A program made the translations under genes and the position numbers. Of a stretch of 64,000 nucleotides of DNA, positions 10,820 to 21,153 are shown piece by piece; position 1 is the first letter of the stretch; every line of letters starts with the position of its first letter. This DNA comes from a virus (lineage: Duplodnaviria > Caudoviricetes): positions 1-64,000 of the IMG/VR virus record IMGVR_UViG_2936413993_000002. The stretch is one strand, 5' to 3'. The notes under the pieces are model-generated. The model saw nothing but the letters and a program-made list of their open reading frames with translations. It made no database searches and was not told where the DNA came from.

Positions 10820-11394
10820 TTTTGCCTTTCAACCCCGACTCTCAAAACACCGTCTGTTGGAATGGTTGTAGGAGCAAGTTTGATAACTAAAAACCCAAGG
10901 GGTAATGGTGAATACAATTGTTTATCAAGCCCTCCGGGTCCGAAATTTAAAGTTGCTCCATTGGAGAGAATTTCAGATGTAAACAATGTCTGTACAAGTA
11001 ACCTATTAGAGATATTACCTCCATTAAAATCTCCGGAAATCTCGGGTAGCAGATAGGCACTTATATCAAAATCTTGATTCATGTTGCTGTTAATGGCTAC
11101 ATGAAATGTTCTATATCCTTTAGAAGCAATAGGTATTCCAATCCATGTAGGTTGCCCAGTAGTAAATGCTAAATATCCGAGATAGGGTACAGCAGATGCA
11201 GGGTTTGATGGATTTAATACAACACCAGAACTCAAAGATCCTTCGTTTACTCCTTTAGCAAAAATAAAATCAGTTAGATTACCTTTTAAAGATGTTGCGT
11301 TATTGGCACCTGCGACCCATCCATAAGTATACTGACTAGATGCAGAAACATTTAAAACCGGATTTGTAATTTCCGTCATTGTAAAATCATTCAT
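10816..11394 (-). CDS. Hypothetical protein, translationally coupled to the tail-fibre-like gene
   Basis: ATGA overlaps at both ends. Confidence 0.65.
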   Translation of the reverse strand: MNDFTMTEITNPVLNVSASSQYTYGWVAGANNATSLKGNLTDFIFAKGVNEGSLSSGVVLNPSNPASAVPYLGYLAFTTGQPTWIGIPIASKGYRTFHVAINSNMNQDFDISAYLLPEISGDFNGGNISNRLLVQTLFTSEILSNGATLNFGPGGLDKQLYSPLPLGFLVIKLAPTTIPTDGVLRVGVERQK

Positions 11395-13217
11395 AATGCA
11401 GACTCTCCTTCATTAGTGACTATGCTAGTTACAATGTTATTAACATCTCTATTAATAACAGTCATTTGAGTTTTACCATTAACCCATTTTTTAAGCATAG
11501 ACGTGACATATCCATTTGCATTTCTTAGTATTTCAACACTCGATATGTCATTAGTAACAGTTTTAAGAAGACCATTACTATCTCGATTAAAAATGGTCGT
11601 CCCTAAAAAATTGCTTTTATCTTCTAAATCTTTAACTCTTCCTGCTAATCCAAGAGGATTTCCGACTCCATCTCCTTTATTGATTACTAATTCTGTAAAT
11701 GAAAACGAATCAACGAATTCTGTTGTAAATCCTCTAACATCAAGTTGTATAGTAAAATTCATAGTTTTTGCATTTAAGGGAATTTCTTGATTTTCTAGTC
11801 GGTAATGACTTTCCTTTTTTTGTAGATAGTGACTTGTCAGTGCATTTCCACTAGAATCATAAAATGCAATTCCTATTTTAACAGGTGATGAAAAATTGCT
11901 GTCACGTAAAATTTTAATTCCAATATTTAAATGCTCTCCATCACTAATTGTGTCTCCATTTAAAACTATTCCAAATTTTATTTCACTTAGATGAGTTTTT
12001 GTAGTAGATTGAGTGTCAACTTTTAATTCATAGCCTTTTGAAATTTTAGTTATCAAACCAACTTTCTCTAAGTCTATAAGATAATCTGTGTCCGAGATAG
12101 TTTGTTCAAGAGTCTTACGAAAATATGTATCTGGGTATACATTATCTATCCCGAGAGTGGTTTTTAATTCTGCAGCAAGTTTATTGGCTGTGATAGTTTT
12201 GTTTCCAACTTCTATACCTTGGTAAACCCCTGCGTCTTGCCAAGAAGAATTAATCCATAAATAGATATGTCCGTTTTCAAGTACTAAAAAAATCCCATCG
12301 GTTCCATTCGGGTAAGCGTTTTGTAAAGAAGAAAGAGTATTAAAAAAACCTTTTGGTGCTCCTGAAACTACTGCAGCGAGAATAGTTTCAACATCAGACT
12401 GATCTGCTTTTTTACGTTCAACAATAGATAACTGGGTTGCAGTTTCATATAAGTTATTATTAGTTTTATTTAACTCGGCATATATACCTGTAACATCAAC
12501 TGAATTGTTCACAACTTTTTTGCCTTCAGACCATTTTACGTAAACTTTAACTCCAGCGGGAAGGGGGGTAAGTAGTTTAATTGTTTTTTCATTTTCTAAG
12601 ATGAAATTATCAGAAGATTGGGGGACATTCCCAATTGATAAATCAATCAAACTTTTTTCGGTAAATTTTCCAGTGTCGATAATAAATGTGTCTTGATTAG
12701 CAATAGAAATCCAAGTAAATTCTTTTGGTGATTGAAACGTAGTATCCTTTAAATAATTAAAATCATCTAGCTTAACAATTTGATTACGTTCAATAGTAGT
12801 TTTAACATCTGTAACTTGTGTATAAATGTCCTCTTGAGTGTCTAATATGTCTTGTACTGTTACTTCTTCTTCATTAGTAGGACTTGTATTTACAATTATT
12901 TTATTAGCCCCAAAATTCACCTGACCTGTTCCGGTATAGCTTATTTCAATTTCTTCGCCTTCCATAGCAGAGTGGAAGAATACATCTCCAGTCACAAAAT
13001 CTACCCTAAACTGATTGGAAGAAGAAGGCGTAGTGTCAACCATATTCAATGCTGTTCCTTCAAGTTTTTTTACAGCTATAGAATGTTTATAGCTAGGTAT
13101 TTCTTTAAGTGTGACTTTGTTATATTTAACTATTTTAGTCTGAATAAGTTGAATATACTGATCAGGATTTCTAGGAAATACATAGTTAGGAGAGACGTTA
13201 GGATAAAATAATGACAT
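11391..13217 (-). CDS. Tail fibre / baseplate-attached protein
   Basis: N-terminus resembles that of the 999-aa spike; contains a 'GAPKGFFNTLSSLQNAYPNG...WQDAGVYQG' tail-fibre module. Confidence 0.65.
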   Translation of the reverse strand: MSLFYPNVSPNYVFPRNPDQYIQLIQTKIVKYNKVTLKEIPSYKHSIAVKKLEGTALNMVDTTPSSSNQFRVDFVTGDVFFHSAMEGEEIEISYTGTGQVNFGANKIIVNTSPTNEEEVTVQDILDTQEDIYTQVTDVKTTIERNQIVKLDDFNYLKDTTFQSPKEFTWISIANQDTFIIDTGKFTEKSLIDLSIGNVPQSSDNFILENEKTIKLLTPLPAGVKVYVKWSEGKKVVNNSVDVTGIYAELNKTNNNLYETATQLSIVERKKADQSDVETILAAVVSGAPKGFFNTLSSLQNAYPNGTDGIFLVLENGHIYLWINSSWQDAGVYQGIEVGNKTITANKLAAELKTTLGIDNVYPDTYFRKTLEQTISDTDYLIDLEKVGLITKISKGYELKVDTQSTTKTHLSEIKFGIVLNGDTISDGEHLNIGIKILRDSNFSSPVKIGIAFYDSSGNALTSHYLQKKESHYRLENQEIPLNAKTMNFTIQLDVRGFTTEFVDSFSFTELVINKGDGVGNPLGLAGRVKDLEDKSNFLGTTIFNRDSNGLLKTVTNDISSVEILRNANGYVTSMLKKWVNGKTQMTVINRDVNNIVTSIVTNEGESAL

Positions 13218-13292
13218 ATGTATTCCTCCTTAAATTATATTTATTTAATAAAAGACGCATTTTATTTGTAGACAAATGTGTCGCTGTTAATT

Positions 13293-13700
13293 TTATAAGC
13301 CAAATGATTGCAAAATTTTAGGAATATCAGAAATAGCTATTTTTACTCCTGAAACGATTATAATAATGAACATAAATATTCTAAATACCTTACTTGTATT
13401 ATCAGTTAAGTAAGTCTGATACCACTTTGTATGAGTATTTGTTGTTTCTTTAAAATCATTTCTCAAATTACCAATTTCTGAATCAACATGTGTTTTTAAG
13501 CCGTTGATATCTTCTTTCATTTCAGCATTCTGTCTTTCTTGATTTTTTAAAATTTCTGTTTGTTGTATTTGAGTTAGTGTTAGCTGATTTATATTTTTTG
13601 TTAACATTGTTTTTGTCTCTTTTACATCAGCTTTCACCTCATCGATATCCTTTTTCATATGTTCTATTTCAACTTGTATAGCTTCAATAGATTCTGCCAC
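13293..13700 (-). CDS. Coiled-coil protein with C-terminal TM (XhlA/BhlA-like lysis-associated protein)
   Basis: Coiled coil followed by one hydrophobic helix; located after the tail spike. Confidence 0.55.
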   Translation of the reverse strand: MAESIEAIQVEIEHMKKDIDEVKADVKETKTMLTKNINQLTLTQIQQTEILKNQERQNAEMKEDINGLKTHVDSEIGNLRNDFKETTNTHTKWYQTYLTDNTSKVFRIFMFIIIIVSGVKIAISDIPKILQSFGL

Positions 13701-13824
13701 AATTGATTCACTCCAAACTATCTATATGTTCTTGTCATATATCGCCTCGGTTTGATATAATAAAGACAAGCATTCGTGCTTAAAGAGACTGTTTAACCTC
13801 AACCGTTGACAGTCTCTTTTATTG

Positions 13825-16824
13825 TTATCTGATAAATACCAATGCAATTCCATAGCCAATTGATTCAATATACGGCTTAGTTATTTTCATAACTTTCCAT
13901 CCTTGACCACGTTCAACTGACATTGTTGCAATTCCATCAGATGGTTTTATGTAATCGCCTTGCTTAACTGTTTCATCAATTCTTACATATACCTGACCAA
14001 CTAATCCTACAATGTTCCATTCAGGTCTTTCAGAACGGGGAAGATAGTTGTCCGATTCCTTATAATTAGGATTCTCTTTAGGCAATAAAGCTACACGATT
14101 AGTCGTTGAACCTGTATCTGCATTGACTTCAGTAAGTACAACTTCTTCATAAATTAATCCTCCAAAGTCATTTCTTAAGTATTTACCTTGCCAATAGAAT
14201 GAAGATTCACCTAATACACTTCCTGCAGTTTCAGAAATTACTCCTAGCATATCGTCTCCATCTTTAGCAATACGAATAAACCCTTGATCTAAGGTAACAA
14301 GAGTTCCACTTGGAATACTGTTGCCATCTATACTTTCAAAATACTCGGCGTAGTCACTAAAAGAGGAGGAGCCTGTAATAGCGCCTGTGGCTTTAATAGT
14401 ACCGTTTGCTGCATCTAATTCAATATTTCGATTAGCAGTTGATGGAGTCCATCCATGACCCAATACTACTGTATTACTTCTAGGATTTATAACGTTATTA
14501 GAAGCCAATACAACTGATTCATAAGCATCCGTATTTGTTATTTTAGATCCATTGGAAGCTATAATAGCTCCACGAGTATTCTTCAATTGTGAATCTCCAG
14601 ATGATGAAATAATCGCATTGTATTCTCCTGTTGTGTCAACGTTAGAAGAAGAAATAATTGCATTTTTACTACCGCTGGCAATCGAATTAGCCGTACTTGC
14701 TGCAATAAATGCCGTATCAGATTTAGCTGCTCCTGATGAACTGGCTACAACTAATCCATTACGAATACGAGAAGGGGGAGTGGTGTGATCTACCCCTGCG
14801 ATAGTTGCTTGTTTACTGTATCCAGAAACTGTTAAGCCTAGTAGATTATTTTGTGAGTTAATAGCAACAACACCAGTTCCACTATTACTAGTTTTATATA
14901 ATGCTACCTTAGAAATGTCAGCATTTGTAACTTGGCTTCCTAAATAAATACCGTTTTTCGCAGATTCATAACTTGTCATATTACTCACATTTATATTGTC
15001 GGCTTTTTGTGCACCACCAGTTATATATAAATCATTATCCGCATTTTTGAATCCACTCACTTTAACGTTATTTACATTTATCAATCCTGATTTATACTGA
15101 AAGACAATTACAGAATCACCAGTAGTTAAATTAGAAGATTCACCGATAGCAGTAAAATTATTAATATTAACATTTCGATATGCAGAAACAACCAATGCAC
15201 GTGGTCTCAACGAAGCATATAGAGAACCCGTTTTAGGATTAATAGCCGTGCAATTATTTAAAGTAACATCAAAAGCATTTGGTGAAATAGGTTCATCATC
15301 TGTGTGGTGTCCAATATGACGTAAATCAAATGAACGAATACTGTTGATAGATTTACAGTTATCTAGTGTAATATTTCTAGCAGCAGGGGCATATACATGC
15401 GCCTTTATTTCAAACCCACGAACTCCACCAATAGCCGTACAATTTGTTACCCAAATATTTCTTGATCCGTCATCTATTTCAAAGTTATTGCTGTTAGCCG
15501 CACCTTCTTCATGTACATTTCCAAGAGGGGCGTAGGAATAGCAATTATTAAAATAAATATACTCGCTGAAATGAGTAGTGAAGTTATCATCACCCGCTCC
15601 AGTAGCAATACAACTATCAAGCCATATATTTGAGCAACCTTTTGGTTGATAGTAAGTAGGACTATTTTGTCCACTTGTTCGGTTATACTCCGGAGAAGTA
15701 ATATCAAAACAATGTAAACCACCGTTCTTAGAAAAAACTCGATTTATCCATGCAAATTGAGTGTTAGCTAACATTAAACCAGAAGAAGTCGGACCCGCTG
15801 GAATTGTGTAACCAGATCCCAATCTTTCTCTATTCCAATCTAATTCCAAGTCTTCAATACGTATGTGAGAATTGCCGTTATTGACTTTATCGGAGTTAGT
15901 AAATAAGTGTTCTCCAACAGGAGCATTTTCAATTAACAAAATATGAGTATTGTATAAACCATCCCCATAAATATAAGTGAAGGAAGGAATATTTACTTGT
16001 CTAGTTCTGTATGTACCGGCAGGAAAATATAATTCTACATTACCATCCCCTAATGCTGCCTTAATAGGTTCTGTCCAGTCCCAAAAGTCAGGAGAGGAGG
16101 CAGTGTTCTTATTAGGAATTAAATCTTCAAATTCGTAAATTGATAATCTGTGTTTTATCTTTTTCGATAACATATAGAATGCGTCTAGTTTTACAGATTG
16201 TTCATCTATTGTTTTATCTACTGAATCAAAACGATTTTTAATAGACGTATAGTGTCTACCATCTGCACCTTCAAAAGCTTCTTCAACAGAACCTTGAATT
16301 GCTGTAACCATATCTCTAGCTACTTTATATACTTTTCCGTTTCTATCGACCCTTAAATCAACAACTTCACTGGGTTGAGGATTTCCTACTATTAATTCAT
16401 CAACACGATTTTTTTGTTCTAAATCTGCACGATCTAAATCTTTGAACTTCAATGCCACATTAGTGAACTTTTTATCTCCAGTTAAATAAATTCTAGTATC
16501 AGGAGTATAATAAGCACCTTTACCGAAATATTCTACTGTTACACTTTTATCATTATTATCTGCAGTAAAAAAGACTACACCTTGAATGTAGTCGACTTGG
16601 TAGTAATTATTTTCTAAAGCTTCATTTTCGACTTCATACCATGTTTTATCTGGGCTTGTGACTATGACTTCTCTAGTATGTTCTGGAACCTCACGTAAAA
16701 CTGCTCTGCCGTTGACAATCTGAACGGTTTCAACAATGTGTTTGTACGGATCAGTTGCATCGCCTTTCCTACTTAAAAAGACAATGGGGTCGTTGTAATT
16801 AATTATTTCATCATCCCAACTCAC
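13825..16824 (-). CDS. Tail spike / pre-neck appendage-like protein with beta-helix and C-terminal Peptidase_G2 autocleaving chaperone
   Basis: 'LYFPAGTY' beta-helix start, 'NNFEIDDGS', and C-terminal 'DYAEYFES...RPEWNIVGLVGQ' as in phi29 gp12/YobO-type proteins. Confidence 0.85.
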   Translation of the reverse strand: MSWDDEIINYNDPIVFLSRKGDATDPYKHIVETVQIVNGRAVLREVPEHTREVIVTSPDKTWYEVENEALENNYYQVDYIQGVVFFTADNNDKSVTVEYFGKGAYYTPDTRIYLTGDKKFTNVALKFKDLDRADLEQKNRVDELIVGNPQPSEVVDLRVDRNGKVYKVARDMVTAIQGSVEEAFEGADGRHYTSIKNRFDSVDKTIDEQSVKLDAFYMLSKKIKHRLSIYEFEDLIPNKNTASSPDFWDWTEPIKAALGDGNVELYFPAGTYRTRQVNIPSFTYIYGDGLYNTHILLIENAPVGEHLFTNSDKVNNGNSHIRIEDLELDWNRERLGSGYTIPAGPTSSGLMLANTQFAWINRVFSKNGGLHCFDITSPEYNRTSGQNSPTYYQPKGCSNIWLDSCIATGAGDDNFTTHFSEYIYFNNCYSYAPLGNVHEEGAANSNNFEIDDGSRNIWVTNCTAIGGVRGFEIKAHVYAPAARNITLDNCKSINSIRSFDLRHIGHHTDDEPISPNAFDVTLNNCTAINPKTGSLYASLRPRALVVSAYRNVNINNFTAIGESSNLTTGDSVIVFQYKSGLINVNNVKVSGFKNADNDLYITGGAQKADNINVSNMTSYESAKNGIYLGSQVTNADISKVALYKTSNSGTGVVAINSQNNLLGLTVSGYSKQATIAGVDHTTPPSRIRNGLVVASSSGAAKSDTAFIAASTANSIASGSKNAIISSSNVDTTGEYNAIISSSGDSQLKNTRGAIIASNGSKITNTDAYESVVLASNNVINPRSNTVVLGHGWTPSTANRNIELDAANGTIKATGAITGSSSFSDYAEYFESIDGNSIPSGTLVTLDQGFIRIAKDGDDMLGVISETAGSVLGESSFYWQGKYLRNDFGGLIYEEVVLTEVNADTGSTTNRVALLPKENPNYKESDNYLPRSERPEWNIVGLVGQVYVRIDETVKQGDYIKPSDGIATMSVERGQGWKVMKITKPYIESIGYGIALVFIR

Positions 16825-16842
16825 ATATATCGACCTCCTTAT

Positions 16843-19800
16843 TTAAGATTTGTATGCTTCCCAGTAGTAAATGACATTTAATTTATTTCCATAGCATTCA
16901 GTTGAATTGCCAGTGAAGAAACCACCACTATCTAATTTCCCATTCGCAATAGATATGGGGGAAATGAGAACACTATTTTGTCCAAATAAAAAACCGCCTT
17001 CTGAAGACGGAATGAATAAACTAACATCTGTTGAGTTAGTTGTATATAATTTAACCAAAGAAGGGGAGAAGGGAAGTGCTATTAATTTACTTTGTGTTCC
17101 ATCTCCGACATAGCTACCACTAGCAAACCTTGATGCATTGCCTAACTGTGTTAAAGGAACATTTGCAGTTGAATCTAAGGTTGCTAACCCATTTGAAACT
17201 CCAGGTCTACGATTTCCAACGGAATTAGCATTTCCTGTAATGGATGCGTTTATCAAGCCTTTTGAATCTCTAACTGGAATAGAATTTGGAACATCATTAA
17301 TATCAGTTGGATAACCCGAAACAGAATTAGCATTACCTGATGAAAGAGGTTTATATCCAGTTTCGGTTAGCACTGATTGTTCTAAAGTTGCAGGGTTTAC
17401 CCATACAGTCTTGTTTACCTCGGCTTCTTCTGGTTCAACATCTGAAGTAACATAAATTGCCCCGTTTACCTTTCCGTAGAGTAATCCATTGACAACCGTT
17501 AATTCACTTGGTTGATAAGGATTTTGGTTTACGTCAGAAGGAGTTACTAAGTCAGAAAAGATAATCCCATCTATGTTAATGTCATCATCAACATGTCTAT
17601 AGGCTCGAACCCCCAATGTATAAAAACGATTAGGAGGGACGCTTGGGAAAGTGTATGTTTTAATAGAATAATTAACGGATATTATAGTTTCCTTTGCAAT
17701 TGTTGATCCGAATACATAGCGTTCTTTGGTTAAATCTGAATACATGTAGACAATAAATCCGTCAATGTTATCTGCATCTTTTTTAGTCTTTTCGTAATCA
17801 TTATAATTCCAGTTTATTGTTAAGTCAGCAGACCCATTATCGTTAATTTTATGTGCAATAGTTACGTTGGTTGGACTATTAGGTGTAACTGAAATACGAT
17901 CATTTCGAGAATTAAAATTTGTAGCAATATTGTTCCAATTGCGCTTCCGTTTATTGTAATCAGTATTAACCTTATCAATAGTATAAAGAGCATTTATTAA
18001 TCTTTCTTCATCGGATTTAGGTCTCTTAGTATTAGTAACGTTAATGCTAATCGAATAATTATCAAAATCAAATGCTAAAGAATCAACGGTTACTCTGACA
18101 TCTATTCCTATTTTTTTATGTTTAATTTTAATAATGTCACCAATAGATAAACGATTCCAATTATGTTTTTCTTCAAGGACAGCAAAGAAATTTATTATCC
18201 CCATTGAAATATTAATAGGAGGGGAACTAATATTTTTTAATTCCGTAATGGCAGATTCATACAAATCAGCATCATTTATTTGACTGTCATCTGAATATTC
18301 GCCCTCGAAAATAAAGTTCCTCAATTCTATTAAAAGGTTATCAGCAATATTGTTTTCTAATTTTAATAATAAATTTAATTTAGAAAGCTCAACATCAACA
18401 TTGGTTATTTCAGCCTGTTTAGAAGATAATTGCTTTTTCTGAGATGATATTTGAGATTCTTTATTATCCCGCTGCTGATTCAATGAGGCAGTTGATTCTC
18501 CACCATCTTTTGCTATTTGAATATTGTCTAATATAATCGTTAACTCGTTTTCTAATGTTCTAAATTTTGCATTTATATCCGCTAATTCCTTTTGTAAATT
18601 TGATTTTTTTTCTAGTAATTTACTGAAAGTGCCTGTGTTATTTTCTACTAGTTTATTATAGTTGATTAATGCAAGGCACAGTTCATCAGACATATAATAG
18701 CTGTGATTTGTTATATTGCCTTGAGTATCCATATCAAACGGATAAAGAAAATAAGAAAAGTTATCAATATACGATTGTCCAGTTGGATTAACCGAATTAA
18801 TGGATACATCATTAGCACCACTAACATGCAATCTTGTAACTATATCCTCAATTTCATCTGTTTGTTCAATGTTCTGAAGATATTTACCATATTCAACCCA
18901 AAAACCTTTATAAATAGAAACTTCTTCTTCCTTACAAATATGTACCTTTTTGTTAACCGTGTCGTAAATTACATACGCATTAAATTTTTTACATATCTCA
19001 TTGATAAAATCTAATTTACTACTGCTAGACACATCAAATTGATGGTACTTCAAATTGAATTCATCGTTTATATATCCAATGCTCCAATTAGTGTCTTTTA
19101 AAACATCATTTAACACTTGGAGGCAGTTATAAGATACAGCTTGGTAATTCAACATTTTACGATATCTTAATTCATACTCTAGTGAAAAACACTGAACATT
19201 AATTAAGTCACTATCTGATGAAGAGGGCTGTTTTTGAGTAATAATATACCAAGACTCTACACCAGCAAAAAGTAACTTTATTAAAAATCTCTCTCTTAAT
19301 AAATTCACTGTTTTATTTGAAACTAATTTATTTAATACTTCTATTTCATAAGGAAGAGAGAAGGATAACTCATTAGGATTTGTAAAATTTAGTGTCAACT
19401 TTCTATTGTACGATTCAGATAAATCTGCAATCACATTTCCAGTAGGAGTAGCTAAGAACAATTGGGGATTAGCTACATTTTCTCCATTTCTAACAATATA
19501 AGAACTAATTAAGCTATTAGGGTTAACTAACTCTTTTTCATATGGTATTTCTATTGGAGGCTTAATTACTCCATCTGTATCATCATCAGGTTGCTCAACA
19601 TCGTCACCATTACTACCATCATCATCTGGTTCTTCTGGTAATTCAGGAACAATAGGAGGTTCAGGCTCCTCAACTGGCGGTTTTTCAGGCTCTGGCTCTG
19701 GTGTTGGAACAGGTGTAGAAACAGAAAACGATGTAAAGTAAGATAGCGGTTTAGAACCATATAGTGCATTTAAATCGACATCACCTGATATGCCAGACAC

Positions 19801-20319
19801 TGACCCAGTAGATGTGTATTGCCATAAATCACATGCAATAGAAGGTTTAGTACTAGGTTTACCATTGTTCACACCGTATCTTGCAATCCATAAGAAATCT
19901 GCTTTAACTCTTGATAATTTATTAGTCTTATAGAAAGAATCACCTGAATATAACCCAACCTTTTTAGCACCTTGACTATGTAAATAATCAATAAAAGCTT
20001 GAGTCGCTGGAACTAAGTCGCTTGAATTCCTAGTTGTAATTTCTTCAACATCAATAACATAAGTGGTAGCGTTTTTGTCTGAACGTTTCCAAAAATCTTT
20101 AGCTTCTTGAACGGCATCGCTCACAGAAACATATTGAGCATATGCGTAGTGACCAAAGGGTATTTTATATTGTTTAGCACCAGCAACATACTCTTTATAC
20201 TTAGAATCAATTAAATTAGATCCATACTGGACTCGAATGAAAACATAATCCAACTCATTTTTTGCTTTAGACCAATTTATCGTTCCTTGCCATTTAGAAA
20301 TATCGGCTATTTTCCCCAA
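16843..20319 (-). CDS. Tail hub/Tal-like protein (prophage tail endopeptidase family) with N-terminal GH25 muramidase and Pro/Asp-rich linker
   Basis: GH25 motifs DISKWQG, IDVEE, LWIARYG, WQYTSTG..VDLN; then PEPEP linker; then 'IVTRLHVSG', 'LSIGDII' tail domain and an FN3-like region. Confidence 0.8.
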   Translation of the reverse strand: MGKIADISKWQGTINWSKAKNELDYVFIRVQYGSNLIDSKYKEYVAGAKQYKIPFGHYAYAQYVSVSDAVQEAKDFWKRSDKNATTYVIDVEEITTRNSSDLVPATQAFIDYLHSQGAKKVGLYSGDSFYKTNKLSRVKADFLWIARYGVNNGKPSTKPSIACDLWQYTSTGSVSGISGDVDLNALYGSKPLSYFTSFSVSTPVPTPEPEPEKPPVEEPEPPIVPELPEEPDDDGSNGDDVEQPDDDTDGVIKPPIEIPYEKELVNPNSLISSYIVRNGENVANPQLFLATPTGNVIADLSESYNRKLTLNFTNPNELSFSLPYEIEVLNKLVSNKTVNLLRERFLIKLLFAGVESWYIITQKQPSSSDSDLINVQCFSLEYELRYRKMLNYQAVSYNCLQVLNDVLKDTNWSIGYINDEFNLKYHQFDVSSSSKLDFINEICKKFNAYVIYDTVNKKVHICKEEEVSIYKGFWVEYGKYLQNIEQTDEIEDIVTRLHVSGANDVSINSVNPTGQSYIDNFSYFLYPFDMDTQGNITNHSYYMSDELCLALINYNKLVENNTGTFSKLLEKKSNLQKELADINAKFRTLENELTIILDNIQIAKDGGESTASLNQQRDNKESQISSQKKQLSSKQAEITNVDVELSKLNLLLKLENNIADNLLIELRNFIFEGEYSDDSQINDADLYESAITELKNISSPPINISMGIINFFAVLEEKHNWNRLSIGDIIKIKHKKIGIDVRVTVDSLAFDFDNYSISINVTNTKRPKSDEERLINALYTIDKVNTDYNKRKRNWNNIATNFNSRNDRISVTPNSPTNVTIAHKINDNGSADLTINWNYNDYEKTKKDADNIDGFIVYMYSDLTKERYVFGSTIAKETIISVNYSIKTYTFPSVPPNRFYTLGVRAYRHVDDDINIDGIIFSDLVTPSDVNQNPYQPSELTVVNGLLYGKVNGAIYVTSDVEPEEAEVNKTVWVNPATLEQSVLTETGYKPLSSGNANSVSGYPTDINDVPNSIPVRDSKGLINASITGNANSVGNRRPGVSNGLATLDSTANVPLTQLGNASRFASGSYVGDGTQSKLIALPFSPSLVKLYTTNSTDVSLFIPSSEGGFLFGQNSVLISPISIANGKLDSGGFFTGNSTECYGNKLNVIYYWEAYKS

Positions 20320-20332
20320 TTATTTTCACCTC

Positions 20333-21097
20333 CTATGAAACAAATTTAAAGCGATATTGAAATTTAATTTTACAATTTCCCGATATCTGAATCCGATTCT
20401 TCCCTACATAAAGAGGTAAATAAAAATCATTGAAATTATCATACCTATATATGTTAGGTAAATTAGTTTCAATGATTTGATTTTCCCCATTTATCATAAC
20501 TTTTTCATTCTTATTTAATGAGACTATTTTCAGAACATTATTAGCTCTACTTAAATTCGTAATTTCTACATTTCCGTCATCCAATTTACTTATATAAATT
20601 AAAGGATATATCGTTTCATGTCCTAGATTTATTATTTCTAAAGTAGTAGGTGAATTCTTACATTCATACCATCGAGTAGTAGATTGTCTACCATAGACAT
20701 ATGGAGAGTCACAGCGCATGGTTAGTGTGATATAACCTTGCTTTAAACCATTATGAATAAGTTCAGTTGATTCTACAGGCATACAATAATAAACTTTATC
20801 TAGATTTTCACTGAAAGATAGAGGCTGGTAATAGTCAACATTCAACCATTTAATTACTTCATGTATTTGTTTATCGTCCCACTTATCATCAAAGTAAAAA
20901 CTTAATTGAAAGGAGAGAGGGGATTTTTCGATATCTATAAAATAAGGCTTATCTCGACCACGAATCGACACTTCATTTATTGTTCGATTACTCATTAATG
21001 GTTCATTAAATAAACTGTTACTTACAGACACATTCATAATGTTAAATCTAGTTGAACGCACACCCGCAAATTCAAAATATAAACTTTCCCTAATCAC
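20333..21097 (-). CDS. Distal tail protein (Dit, YomH-like)
   Basis: Lies between tape measure and Tal; 'LTMRCDSPY', 'LYVGKNRI'. Confidence 0.8.
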   Translation of the reverse strand: MIRESLYFEFAGVRSTRFNIMNVSVSNSLFNEPLMSNRTINEVSIRGRDKPYFIDIEKSPLSFQLSFYFDDKWDDKQIHEVIKWLNVDYYQPLSFSENLDKVYYCMPVESTELIHNGLKQGYITLTMRCDSPYVYGRQSTTRWYECKNSPTTLEIINLGHETIYPLIYISKLDDGNVEITNLSRANNVLKIVSLNKNEKVMINGENQIIETNLPNIYRYDNFNDFYLPLYVGKNRIQISGNCKIKFQYRFKFVS

Positions 21098-21153
21098 TGT
21101 TTTTCACCTCCATATAAAAAGAGCCAACTATTTAAGGCTGACTCAAAGTATGA

